Positions 13,302-26,937 are shown, counted from the first letter of the stretch. The stretch is 64,000 bases of DNA from Eledone cirrhosa (GCA_964016885.1 OZ024743.1:103602001-103666000), one strand, 5' to 3'. Program-made: numbers and translations. Notes: generated from the sequence alone by a model not told the origin.

Positions 13302-15509
13302 AACACAAAGCTGTTGTACAGTCTCTTGCGTGAGGTTTATGGACCGTCTTCTTCTCTGGTGACACCGATTCGCAGCAAGGATGGCAAAGAACTTCTTCGT
13401 GACTCACAGGGAATTCTACGAAGGTGGCGAGAGCACTTTGATGATCTTTTGAATCAGCCGTCTGTCGTCAGTGAAGATTTCCTCAATCTCATTCCGGAAA
13501 GTCCTGTGAAAGTAGCTCTCGCAGAACCTCCGACACTTGTGGAGGTTGCAGTGGCTATTTCGAAGCTGAACAGTGGAAGATCTCCAGGTATGGATGGCAT
13601 ACATGCTGAGCTCCTACAATATGGTGGTGAGAGACTCCTGCAACATCTTCACTCTCTGTTTGGAGGGATATGGGCTAATGAATCCGTGCCTGAGGACTGG
13701 AGAGATGCAGTAATGGTGGTCTTGTACAAGGGAAAGGGTAACAGGAATGATTGTGGGAACTACAGAGGTATATCATTGCTTTCTGTCGTGGGGAAAGTTT
13801 TATGTAGGGTGCTTCTGGACCGTCTGCTGACACACATTGCAGATTGTGTCCTTCCTGAAAGTCAATCTGGTTTTCGTGTTGGACGCGGCACTACTGATAT
13901 GATCTTCTCAGCTAGACAGCTCCAGGAGAAGTGCATTGAACAGGGCTTGGATCTGTATCAGGTTTTTGTCGATCTGACAAAGGCTTTCGATACTGTCAAC
14001 AGAGATGCATTATGGAAGGTTCTCCAGAAACTTGGTTGCCCTGATAAGTTCCTTGCTTTAGTTAGGTCTTTCCATGACGACATGAAGGCTTGGGTTAATG
14101 TCGGAGGTAACATGTCGGAGCCTATCTCAGTAAAAAATGGAGTGAAACAGGGGGATATTCCAGCACCGACCCTGTTTGCCATATACTTTGCAATGGTTTT
14201 CTGTATTGCATTCAGGAATTGCGAGCATGGTGTTTACATCCGATATCGAACCTCAGGCAGCATATTTAACATCAGGCGCTTTGCTGCGAAGACAAAAGTA
14301 TTTACATCAGTCATAAGAGACCTCTTGTATGCAGATGATTGCGATCTTGTAGCGCACACAGAGAGTGATATGCAGCACATTTTGAATGTATTTTCTGACG
14401 CTTGCACTGCCCTGGGTTTGACTGTCAGTCTCAAGAAAACCGTCGTCATGTACCAACCTGCACCTGGTAGGCAGTACACTGAACCAAACATCTATGTGTA
14501 TGGCAAACGACTTGGAGTGGTTGATCAGTTTGTCTACCTGGGAAGCACTGTCAATCGATACGGCAACCTTGACAGTGAAATCTCACTTAGGATTAGGAAA
14601 GCAAGTGATGCTTTCGGAAAGCTAGAAAGGCGACTCTGGGGTCGGCGAGACATATGCAGGAGGACAAAGGTAAGGGTGTACAGGGCATGTGTACTCTCTT
14701 GTCTTCTTTATGCCTGCGAGACCTGGGTCACATATCGACGCCACCTTAAGCAATTGGAGCGTTTCCATCAGATGTGTCTCAGACGGATACATGGCGTTCG
14801 CTGGAGGGACCACATCAGTGATGTCGAGATTTTGGAAAGCTCTATGTGTGACAGTATAGAAGCTCTTGTGCTTAAGCAGCGACTCCGTTGGAGTGGTCAC
14901 CTTGCCAGGATGAAGGATTCTAGAATACCAAAACAACTCTTCTATGGAGAGTTGGTTAAAGGAAAACGACCGCCACATAAACCAAAAAAGAGGTATAAGG
15001 ATTCCTTGAAAGCCTCTCTGAAAGACGCTAACATCTCTGCTGATACATGGGAAAATATTGCTGCTGATCGTAATAAATGGAGAAAAACTGTATATGAGGG
15101 AAAAGTTGCCTTCGAGGCATCTCGAATCGCACACGAGAAAGTAAAGCGGGACGTGAGGAAGGGTATTGCTGTTGCACTTCCAGACGGCGAGGGTCCTCCT
15201 ATGTTTCTGACATGCAGCGTCTGTGCGAGACTCTGCCTAAGCAAAGCTGGACTCGAAAGTCATCTTCGCAGTCATAAAGTAAGACCAGTGGTTGACTACC
15301 AGGCTGCTGTTGGAGATGCTACTCATCATGCTTGCCAGACATGTGGTAGAGAATGTAAATCAGCAGGAGGACTCAAGCGACATGCAAAAGTACACGAACT
15401 CCAACCACAGCCGACTATTCCCAGTAAATGTTTTGGTTGCCGACTCTGTGCAAGACATTTTAGATCATTGGCTGGGCTAAAAAGCCACATTCGATCGCAG
15501 CACTGTTAG
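13298..15509 (+). CDS. 5'-truncated RTE-clade non-LTR retrotransposon ORF: reverse transcriptase plus three C-terminal C2H2 zinc fingers
   Basis: About 735 uninterrupted codons with [46 protein letters not shown] and [11 protein letters not shown]. Fingers: CSVC...HLRSH, CQTC...HAKVH, CRLC...HIRSQH. There is no APE domain or start codon, and the upstream ORF part is only (TA)n. Confidence 0.95.
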
Positions 15510-15517
15510 TTGCTATC

Positions 15518-15559
<42 letters not shown>

Positions 15560-15638
15560 GCTTATGTGCGTGCGTGTGTGTGTATATATATATGAATATG
15601 TATATTATTATTGTTGTTGTCGTTATTATTATTATTGC

Positions 15639-15687
<49 letters not shown>

Positions 15688-15851
15688 GTTATTAATGTAT
15701 GTGTGTATATATGTGTGAGTGTATGTGTATGTATGTGTGTGTGTATATATGTATGTATATGTATGTGTGTGTGTGTGTATATATATGTGTATATATATAT
15801 ATATGTATATATATGTGTGTATATATATATGTATATATATATCTTTTCCCC

Positions 15852-15962
<111 letters not shown>

Positions 15963-16912
15963 TGTGCAATGGCCATACTCGATAACGAGGGGGCAGCCAT
16001 CATATATATATATATATATATAAGAATTAATAAATCTGTACTCCAATGTTGCTATGTAGTCGCATTGGATGGAGTCAACCGACGTCGGAGATTGCTCAAC
16101 GTATAATAAAATATGCTTTAAAATCCGGAGAAAATATGAAGAAGAAGTTTATGAAACGGAAATGGGGGTATAAAGAATTTATTAGGTAACAATTGTTTCT
16201 ATAGTGTGTGGGTTACCTATACCTCGCTATTTGTATAATATAAAAATATTATCATAAATCGTAGGTACACTGTAAGAGAACACACCATGTCGTCAGACCT
16301 TTATGGTAGAATGATAGGAGAATATTTTATACACTAGATATGTGAGAAAGTAGGAGGTAGGAAGGGAAGAGGAATAGGGAAGCGAGTAAGGGGGAGGTAG
16401 TCTTAGGATTCAAGACTGTCAGAGTAGTAGAGATTGTATAGAAGAAAATGTTTTGGCAGCAGTTAGCTAAATGAGGCGTGTTAGGATTGGCGGGGGAGTA
16501 AATTCTTCTAGTGGTGTTGTTTGGACAAAATTTAGTTAAAGGGGTCACTGTAGTACAGAATTATAGACAAGTTATTGGGGCTATTATAGTAGCAGGATAT
16601 TTCTAAAGGGGTCTAAAAAAACAGTGTTTAGTGCTATTATTATAAAAAGCCATATCGTGTGTATAAACATATAAAAATATGAAATAAAAATAAAAATTTG
16701 CAAATGGTGGTGTAAAAAATAACATTACATGCATTTAAAAAAAGAAAAAGTCGTTTTTAAACGATGGTTACAGTAAAGTGAACGTACCCAGGAATCAGAC
16801 CTTAACGGAACCTGAACTGATGAATGCATACCAAAGTTTTGGTACCCTTGAAATATATATAATAGAATAAATATGGTTTTATACATATAGTTTCCATTTA
16901 TTAATATCATTG

Positions 16913-17017
<105 letters not shown>

Positions 17018-17380
17018 TTTTTTTTCTGTTCAAGTTCTAACTGCCTCATGAGGTCATAGCAGTTGAATAATGGTTATCACTGAAATATATATAGCAGCCA
17101 ATATGAATAAATGAAGATAATTTTAACCTTTGACTTACACTTGTTTATATATATAGTAAAACACAATTTCACATGCGCATCGTTTACTTATACAGATTAG
17201 AGCAAACATCACGAGCGCTCTATCTCTAAATTATTTTTGAAAAGCATTAGAAATGCGCAACCAGTAAAAACTTAAAACTAAAACTGAATACTAACTAATA
17301 CCTATTACTAATTTATACTTATTCCTAATTAAATAATTTTTCACTTGGAAAAATTTGTCAGCATTTTCTTTTCCTTTTTA

Positions 17381-17420
<40 letters not shown>

Positions 17421-17423
<3 letters not shown>

Positions 17424-17572
17424 TATTTTGCAATACACTGTATGCTTAATTAAAAGTATGTTGAAGACCATACGCTATTGTTTTAAAGTAACGACAATGT
17501 CGCTACTTTAAAACAATAGCGTATGGTCTTCAAAATGCTTTTAATTAAACATACAGTGTATTGAAAAATACA
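17421..17572. repeat. Near-perfect palindrome (~75 bp arms) between (TA)n tracts
   Basis: GAAGACCATACGCTATTGTTTTAAAGTA...TACTTTAAAACAATAGCGTATGGTCTTC. Confidence 0.85.
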
Positions 17573-17861
17573 CGCTATATACATTCATATATATATCAGC
17601 ACCAATTCTAATATATATATATATATATGAATAAAGTGATCCTTCATCAGTGATCTTCCAACCATCATTGGTATTTTTTCGCTTTAAAGACCATATACCT
17701 CCGGTTGGTGCGAGCAACGGCTAAAAAAAGTCGTTTGGTCACGTAAATAAAGGGAACAGCGAGAAACAGATTAAAGTTTAAGCAAAGAATCGCTGCTTTC
17801 ACCCTTAACGGGATCTTCTGAAACCTCTTTGGATTTTAGTCTTCAAATTTATTATTATTAC

Positions 17862-17892
<31 letters not shown>

Positions 17893-17961
17893 TAAAATAA
17901 CAGATTAAAGTTTAGCCTTGAAATTTATTATTATTACTATTATTATTATTATTATTATTAT

Positions 17962-19083
17962 TTAGATATCATCAGAAAAAAGTAATTAAAATTCATTAAA
18001 ATGACAGATCGATCGGACTTTCAAAGAGGTCAAATTGTTGGTGCTCGTATGGCAGGCGTTAGCGTAACGAAAACAGCCGAAATGTTTGGTGTATCAAGAA
18101 GTACTGTCTCGAAAGTAATGACAGCCTTTGAGAAAGAGGGAAAAACCTCCTCGTCGAAACAAAACTCCGGAAGAAAACCAAAACTTTCAGATAGGGACCG
18201 TCGGACTCTTACGCGAATTGTTAGAAAGGATCATAAAAGAACAGCTCCCAAAATTACTGCAGAGTTTAATGACCACCTCGAGAACCCAGTTTCACAAAAA
18301 CTGTTCGCCGGGAGCTGCACAAAGCCGGATTTCACGGGAGGGCTGCAATCAGAAAACCACTACTTTCAAAAACAAACGTTGCAAAGTGTTTAGAGTGGAG
18401 TAAAAAGCTACAGAATTGATCCCTAGAGCAGTGGAAGGATGTTATTTTCTCGGACGAGTCACCCTTTAACTTATTTCCGACCACCAGCCGAGTATACGTG
18501 TGGAGATAGCCAAAAGAAGCATTTGACCCAGACTGCCTTCTTCCAACTGTTAAACATGCAGCAGGATCTGTGATGATCAGGGGGACTATATCTTGGAAAT
18601 CCGCCAGCCCAATGGTTTCCCTTCATGGCAGAATTAATAGTCAAGACTATTTAAGCATTTTATCTGATCAAATTCATCCTATGGTTGCGGAACTGTTTCT
18701 GGAGTGAAACGCAATCTTTCAGGATGATAATGCACCAATTCACACAGCTAATGTTGTTACTGAATGGCACAAGGAACATTCTAGTGAAGTTGAACATCTT
18801 ATCTGGCCACCACAGTCCCCAGATCTCAATATTATTGAACATTTATGGTGCATTTTAGAAAAACAAGTAAGGAGTCGATATCCTCCATCATGATCACTAC
18901 AAGAACTGGAGACTGTTTTAGATGAAGAATGGATAACAATTCCTTTGGAAACAATTCAAACTTTGTACGAGTCCATACCTCGTAGAATTCAAGCTGTAAT
19001 TACTGCCAAAGGCGGTCCTACCCCATATTAAAATAAATTTGTTTGAAATTTTAAGGTCTTTACATTATTTCGTCCAACCTCTG
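17962..19083 (+). mobile_element. Tc1-family transposon, decayed, lacking left TIR
   Basis: HTH MTDRSDFQRGQIVGARMAG...SGRKPKLSDRDRR. Catalytic motifs VIFSDES, IFQDDNAPIH and WPPQSPDLNIIEHLW (DD34E type), interrupted by stops and a frameshift. Right end is CATTATTTCGTCCAACCTCTG. Confidence 0.9.
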
Positions 19084-19438
19084 TGTATATATATATATTG
19101 ATGAGAGTCTTTTAGAGTGAAACAATTATGAATAAAACACTACATTTAATTTTCTCTCATCAGTGTTTATAAGATTGGTTTTGTTTATTGGTCGAAGGTT
19201 TGAAAAAGCAAAGGTTGTTAGAAGCTGAAGGAACAGATTATAGATTATAAGGGACATTTTCTTTTTTCTCTTCTATAAAATAAATCACATGTAATATTCG
19301 CAGTTTTGTGTTTTTTAGACTGAAAAATGTATGAATAAATCATTATGTTCAATTCTTCATTATGCCTTGTTTGGTCTCTTCCAATCAATTAAAGTTGTTA
19401 TATTGTCATACTACTTTCAAAACGTACCTTGAAACTCA

Positions 19439-19488
<50 letters not shown>

Positions 19489-19493
19489 CACAT

Positions 19494-19568
<75 letters not shown>

Positions 19569-20155
19569 CGTATTATATATATATATATATACATAAATAC
19601 ACATATCCTTATATATACATATATATCGCTCCCTAATTTGTAATCACTTTGCTGTTTCTCTCATACCCCCCCCCCACCCCCCACCCCCACCCCCGCCTGA
19701 TCGCAGGTATAAAATAGATCTTGCTGTTTCCCAAGGACAGAATTTATCTATCTAAATTATCTTACGGACGACCTGTTGTTTTTGAGAATGTAAACATTGT
19801 CTTCCATATTCCGTAGTCTCCCCAATGAGCAGTGTTTTTAAACTCCGAGCTATGCTAGTCTACAATTCAAATTCCCCGTTTGTTTCTCTCGGATTTTCAA
19901 TTAATATTTACGTTTTTAAATGATTTGTCTCATTCTGTTGGACCCTTCCTAAATCAAATCCTTCTCCTAAAGTTACCCATTTCCCGCCCTCCCACCCTCA
20001 CACACCACCATTGCTAATGGTCCAATCATAACTCAGCGGCTTTAGTAAGTTCCCTAATAAATCAGTATAGCAAAGCTACCGCCCCAGTTACTACTCCTTA
20101 AGTTTAGACCTGTTTGATGGGTTGACTGCAGAGATTTGGAAAGTCTAAGCATTCA

Positions 20156-23100
20156 ATGTCGATATCACAGATAAAGATAAATTCACCTCCTGCTGCAGGA
20201 GGAGAATACAAAGACCCTTCTCTATTTCAGACACGAATGACCAACATAATTCCGTCTCCCACATCCCTCCCTGCCCCTCTAACCCATCCATCCCACCCTC
20301 CCAACTTCAGAGTTGGTACCATAAACGTAGGCACATTAAAAGGTCTCTCAAATGAGGTTGTAGAGATGCTTGAACGTAAAGAAGTTGATGTTTGTTGTAT
20401 TCAAGAGACTAGGTGGAGAGGGGGGTCTGCCAGATTCATCGTGGGTAAAAAACGATGCTATAAACTTTTCTGGGTAGGAAATGACAACGGACTGGGTGGA
20501 GTAGGAATTATGTTAGCTGAAAAATAGCTAGATAAGGTAATTGACGTAAATAGAGTAAATGATAGAATAATTAAAATAAGGCTAGTTCTAAATAAAACTA
20601 CTGTGACAATAATTGTTTCTACTTTTGGCACAAGGCCAGCAATTACCCAGTACATTACTGGTACTTTATTTTATCCACCCCGTAAGGATGAAAGGCAAAG
20701 TTAACCTCGGCGGAATTTGAACTCAGACCGTAAAGGGACGTAACTATGCTGGAAAGCATGGCGTCCGACTCTCTACTGATACTGCCAATCCACCAATAAT
20801 ATCCGCTTATGCACTCCAATCTGGTCTACTTGACGTTATAAAAGACAGGTTCTATGAGACGCTAATGCACACTACTTCCCAAATAACCGATAGCGACTAC
20901 CTAATTATTGCTGGCGATCTAAACGGCCACGTTGGACAACATAGTGATGGCTATGATGGAATCCATGGAGGCTATGGGGTTGGAAATAGAAATGAGGAAG
21001 GCTTCAGAATCCTGGAATTCTGTGACGCCAATAACCTAACTATCTGTAACACAAACTTCAAAAAACGTGAAAACCACTTGATCACCTATAGATCAGGGGA
21101 ACACGTCAGCCAGATAGATTATATCCTTACTAGAAGACGGGACAAAGTGTTTGTTGTAAACACTAAATCCCTCCCCGTGAAGAATGCACCTCCCAACAGT
21201 CAGGAATAGACGTACTCGACGACAGAGGAGGCCTACCTTGAGGAGAAGAATATGGAAGTTGAAGGACCCCATAGCCAGTGACAAATTTAAAAGCTTATTA
21301 CTTGATGCCTTTGACAATAAGGAAGAGCAATTAGAGACGTGCGATATAGAGGAACAGTAGCAATTCTTGAAAATGAACCTGCTGAAAGCAACGGATGAAA
21401 TCTGTGGCTGGAGCAGACCTATTGGCAGGAGGAGAGTAACTTGATGGTGGAACAGTAAGGTAGAAGAGACAATCAAGGCCAAAAAGCAGGCTTGGAAAGT
21501 ATGGCAGAATAGGGGAAGTAGAGAAGACTATCAAGTGGTCAGGAGAAAAGCTAGGAGACAAGTGTACCTTACAAAAAGGGAAGCAGAGAAAAGAAAGTTC
21601 AAGCATGATCTACAATGTGAGGACCAAAAAGGCGAGGTGTTCAGGATTGCTAGACAATGTGTCAAGGAAAACCGTGATATTGTCGGGGAGAAGTGTGTCT
21701 GTAATGATAACGGTGTACTTGCCCTCACTGATGCTGATAAGAAGATAGCCTGGAAGTGTCACTACGAGAGACTATTAAATGAATAGAATAAGTGGGAAAA
21801 AGATAGTCTGCCCCAAATCGATCCAATAGAAGGACCAGCGATGCAAGTTAAAGGTAGTATAATAAGTAAGGCAATCAAAGATATGAAGACAGGTAAGGCA
21901 GCTGGGCCTTCGGAGATAGTTGCTGAGATGTTGAAGGCATCTGGAATTGTGGGACATACTATGGTCACCCGTATAGTTAACCAAGTAATACAGAATGGGG
22001 TCATACCAAAAGACTGGCGTAGCAGCATCATCATTAACTGCTACAAGGGTAAAGGAGATGCTCTAGATAGGGGAAACTATAGAGGCATTAAGTTAGTTGA
22101 CCAGGTCATGAAGGTCACAGAAAGAGTTATAGCGCAACTAATCAGAGAGTGAATTGATCTAGATGAAATGCAGTTTGGGTCTGTGTCAGGTAAAAGTACC
22201 ACAGATGCTCTTTTCCTTGTACGACAACTACAAGAGAAGTACCTAGCTAAAAGTAAACCCCTCTAATTAGCTTTTGTAGACCTGGAAAAAACCTTTGACA
22301 GAATTCCCCGCTCCATTATCTGGTGGGCTCTTAGAAAACTAGGTGTAGATGAATGGCTTGTGAGAGCTATACAAGCTATGTATAATGGAACAGTCAGTAA
22401 GGTTAGAATTAACAATGAATATTGTGAAGAATTTAGTGTAAAAGTTGGTGTTCACCAAGGCTCTGTCTTTAGCCCCCTCCTATTTATTATTGCCCTTCAG
22501 GCTATAACAGAGGAGTTCAAGACCGCTGCCCATGGGAACTCCTATACGCAGATGATCTAACGCTCATAGCTGAATCAATGGCTGAACTAGAAAAGAAATT
22601 CCAAACATGGAAGCATGGCCTAGAATCAAAAGGCCTTAAAGTTAACTTGTCTAAGACTAAAGTCCTAGTTTGTAGAAAGGAAAATAAGGCACAGGTACCC
22701 TCAGGGAAATGGCCTTGCTCAGTGTGTAGGAAAGGAGTAGGCAGAAATTCAATTTGATGTCCCAAATGCAAAGTATGGGTACATAAAAGATGTAGTGGGA
22801 TCACAGGTAAACTATCTAAGAACGTAGACTTTATATGTGGCGGATGCTCAGGTGCAATAGGTAGCAAGTGTCCACAGGATACTAGCCCCTTCTATTGCCC
22901 AGATGGTTCTATAGAAATAGTAGACACTTTCCGTTATCTGGGTGACGAAATCAGCAGTGATGGAGGGTGTTCTGAAAGTACAGTAGCCAGAGTCAGAACG
23001 GGATGGAAAAAGTTCAGAGAGCTTATACCGCTGTTGACCACAAAAGGTTTCTCTCTAAAAATGAAAGGCAGATTGTATGATGCTTGTATACGGACAGCAA

Positions 23101-23918
23101 TGCTACATGGCAGTGAGACATGGACATTGCGTGCAGAGGACCTACGTAGACTGGAAAGGAACAAAGCATGCATGCTCCGTTGGATGTGTAATAATACGTG
23201 AACGGCAAAGCATAAATGAACTAAGTGAGAAATTAGGAATAAGAGGGATCAGATGCTGTTTACTCGAGAGAAGACTACGTTGGTATGGCCACGTGATGCG
23301 CATGAAAGACGACAGCTGTATAAAAAAGTGCAGGGCGATCAAAATGTATGGTAGTTACGGAGTAGGTAGACCCAGAAAAACCTGGGATGATCTGATAAAT
23401 TCCGACCTTACACACTTACACCTCTATAAGACAATGTCACTGGACCAAGATCTTTGGCGCTACGCAGTAATACAGAAGACCCGCCTTGCCTATGTACAAA
23501 GTGAAACCTACAGTCAGTAGGCACCTCTTAACCAAATATACACCCCAATCCACTACCCCTACCCTATCCTCCCACTCCCACCAACACTACCTTCTCTCTA
23601 TAAAGTTAGTACCACAACATCCAGTCCAAATAAACGAGATAAATGAGATCGAGATCGAGATCGTGTAGGTGTCACGAGAAAAAAACACACAGTCCACGCT
23701 GTAATGTGGTCGTGTAGGTAACGCGGTAAAAAGTTCCCAGTACGACACTGTAAATGTGGTTGGTGTTAGGAAGGGCACCCAGCCGTAGAAAACCTGCCAG
23801 ATAGTCCTATATGAGCGAGACATGGTCACCCGACCAACCTTGCCTCAAGTGGGACAACTCCCGTCTAACCTATGCTAGCGTGGAAAATGGACGTTAAACG
23901 AAGACGATGATGATGATG

Positions 23919-23920
<2 letters not shown>
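20156..23920 (+). mobile_element. Decayed near-full-length RTE-type LINE (APE endonuclease, RT, PHD-like Cys/His insert, (GAT)n tail)
   Basis: APE motifs GTINVGTL, CIQETRW, GDLNGHVG and QIDYIL. RT motifs NYRGIKL, VHQGS and LLYADDL. 3' end GGAAAATGGACGTTAAACGAAGACGATGATGATGAT. Many stops and frameshifts. Confidence 0.92.
20614..20793 (-). mobile_element. tRNA-derived SINE inserted in the LINE APE domain with 7-bp TSD CAATAAT
   Basis: CAATAAT at 20607-20613 and 20794-20800. Removing the insert restores TVTIISAYA in frame. Confidence 0.9.
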
Positions 23921-23992
<72 letters not shown>

Positions 23993-23996
<4 letters not shown>

Positions 23997-25638
23997 AGAA
24001 AAAAGAGAATCAGTGTTGCGACGAAAGGAATTTATTGGACATATTACAAATGTTTCTCGGGCGACCAGCCCGAGGCTCGATCGATATGGTGATCACACCT
24101 GACTCTGAAATCAAGACAATCGTCAGATATGTCTCGATTCTACGAAGCAGATTTTCCTATAGTCCTTTAACATCGAATTTCTTCGTTTGTTGATTTAGAT
24201 CCTGTTGTTGTCATTCTATGAGTGGTCAAGAATTGTACACGTCACCGTATTTTTAGCCATTATTGTATGAAACTTTAAGCACACCTCCTTAATGGCCGGT
24301 CCCCCTCTGCATCCTTGTCATGTATGCATTCTCTTTTTCCAGCATTTTATTTTATTGTATTTTAGCTTATTTTATTTTATTATTGTATACTATTTCATTA
24401 TTGTATGTTATGTGCCACCCACGCTATATGCGATTAGTGCAGGGATATTGTGCTGTCGTAACATTTAGGCATATGGTGCAGGCACCCTCGGACTCACACC
24501 ACCACATGATCAAATTGGGTCAAGGCCTCAAATGCGTTGTCTCATACAATACTGTGTGCACCATGTGCGCAGCGGCGCGTGGGTGAACGGATGGGGGGGG
24601 GGGGTAATCATCAAGTATATGCATCCGGTGTGGGAGCACACGGGTGCGTGTATGTATGTGTGTCCACACAGACATGCAATAGCACGGGTGTGTGCATACA
24701 TGGGTCGATGTATTTGTCGGAGCATGTATGCGTGGGGGTACGGATGACTTTCCATGGATTTTCTCATCTGACTATATAAGTGCTGCGTCTTGGCTACGCA
24801 CGCTCCCCTGAGTCCAGTGTGTGTGTGTAGAATTGGGTCTATTTGTTGAAAACACCTTTGATATAGCCCTTCCGTTTGAATGGGTGTTGAAAGCTTTCTT
24901 TTAAAAACGTTTTTTTTTTAAACGTTCTTGCTACAGGTTCTTTCTTTTTCTTTTCCCTTTTCTTTTTGAAATATGTACGGCGGAGTGTATCCTAAGGCTG
25001 TGTCCTACAAATGTTACGCTAAATATCTACATGGTTTGTTTTTCTTTAAAAAATTCCCGCAAAACATTATTTATGATGAATGCCGCATACAGCATAATTG
25101 CGGGTGTGTACCTGACCGATGTAGACTAAGGCACCTAGGGGCAATGAAGACGTCGAAGTGACGCCAGCCGTTCAATATTACAGCCCCTTTCCCACCACAG
25201 TAGTAATTCTGATACATGATGAAATTTTGATTGACAGGTGAAGATTTTGATTGACAGAAAGAGAAGAAGCAAGAAGTGGGCAACCAAGAGTGGCTAAAAA
25301 TACCGGTGACGTGTACAATTCTTGACCACTCATAGAATGACAACAACAGGATCTAAATCAACAAACGAAGAAATTCGATGTTAAAGGACTATAGGAAAAT
25401 CTTCTTCGTAGAATCGAGACATATCTGACGACTGTCTTGATTTCAGAGTCAGGTGTGATCACCATATCGATCGAGCCTCGAGCTGGTCGCCCGAGAAACA
25501 TTTGTAATATGTCCAATAAATTCGTTTCGTCGCAACAATTATTCTCTTTTTTTCTGTGATATCATACTCTGCTCTACGAGGGCATTGAGTGCTCATACGG
25601 CCTACCGCATACGGACGATTTAAGCATCCAACACCAAT
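23993..25638 (+). mobile_element. Non-coding PLE-type element with ~270 bp inverted termini, each holding a hammerhead, plus a ~78 nt unpaired 3' tail
   Basis: 23993-24260 is the reverse complement of 25291-25560. Hammerheads at 25418-25513 (+) and 24038-24133 (-), followed by AATAAA. Flanked by (TA)n. Confidence 0.8.
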
Positions 25639-25654
25639 TATATATATATATATA

Positions 25655-26284
25655 TAAAGATGAAATCGAAAATGCAACTGGAGTCTTATTTTTTTTAAAT
25701 ATATATATATATTTATTTGGTTCCTTTACCGGTTTCGCAGTTCTTCTGCTTTTCAAAAGTAGAGTTGAGATGGAGGGTCTGTGGTTTTTCTCACATCTGG
25801 TTGGTATCTGATTCTTACTTGTTTTATATGGAAAAAGTGGCTCGAAATGCCAGGTTTTTCGAGAAGTAATTTGATTGATTGGTCAATAATTATAATAAAT
25901 TTCGCGCCAGTTCGCGTTACAAAGTTCTTCAAACAAGAGGGGCGGGGTGTCACAGGTTGTTTTTTCATATATGAGTGTTTGAATTTCTTTTTACTTAAAA
26001 AAAGGGGGCTCACGAAGGCTTTTTTTTAATAAACGTAATTTCATTGGTTATAAATGAAATTATGGCTGTCACGTGAACAAGTTTTCATTAAATTTTCGCG
26101 CCCTTATTTGGAAATCCATTCTGTAGCCTTTTTAGAGAATTTTATGATAAGTAAAAGATAATGGTCAAGAGAAATGGGTTAGGAGAATTGTTCTGGTTCA
26201 GTGAATATGGTTAGTTCGCTGGGGTGTCAGAATTCAGATTTTCTATTGAATAAAGATAGTAAAGATATGTATGTTTATTTGTGT

Positions 26285-26331
<47 letters not shown>

Positions 26332-26937
26332 TGCGTGTTGTGTGTGTTTGAATTTCTTTTTACTTAAAAAAGGGGGGGCTCACGGAGGCTTTTTTTTAAT
26401 AAATGTAATTTGATTGGTTATAAATGAAATTATGGCTGTCACGTGAACAAGTTTTCATTAAATTTTCGCGCCCTTATTTGGAAATCTATTCTGTAGCCTT
26501 TTTAGAGAATTTTATGACAAGCAAAAGATAGTGGTCAAGAGAAATGGGATGGGAGAATTGTTCTGGTTCAGTGAATATGGTTTATTCGCTGGGGTGTCAG
26601 AGTTCAGAGATTCTATTGAATAAAGAAAGTAAAGATATGTATGTTTATTTGTGTGCTTGTGTGTGTGTGTGTATTGGAAGATGATTCTATTAGTAGAAAT
26701 GGGGGAGGGAGTTGTGTGTGTGTGTATATGGGTGTTATGTGTGTGTGTGTGTGAGTATGTTAAGAAGGAGAGAATATATATTTTGTGTGTATGTATATAT
26801 GTGTGTAGCAAAGTGATTCTATTAGTAGAAATAGGGGGGGAGTTGTGTGTGGGGGTGTGGGGGTCGTTATGTGTGTGTATGGGTGTTATGTGTGTGGGAG
26901 TATGGTTAGCATGTTAAGATGAAGAGAATATATATAT

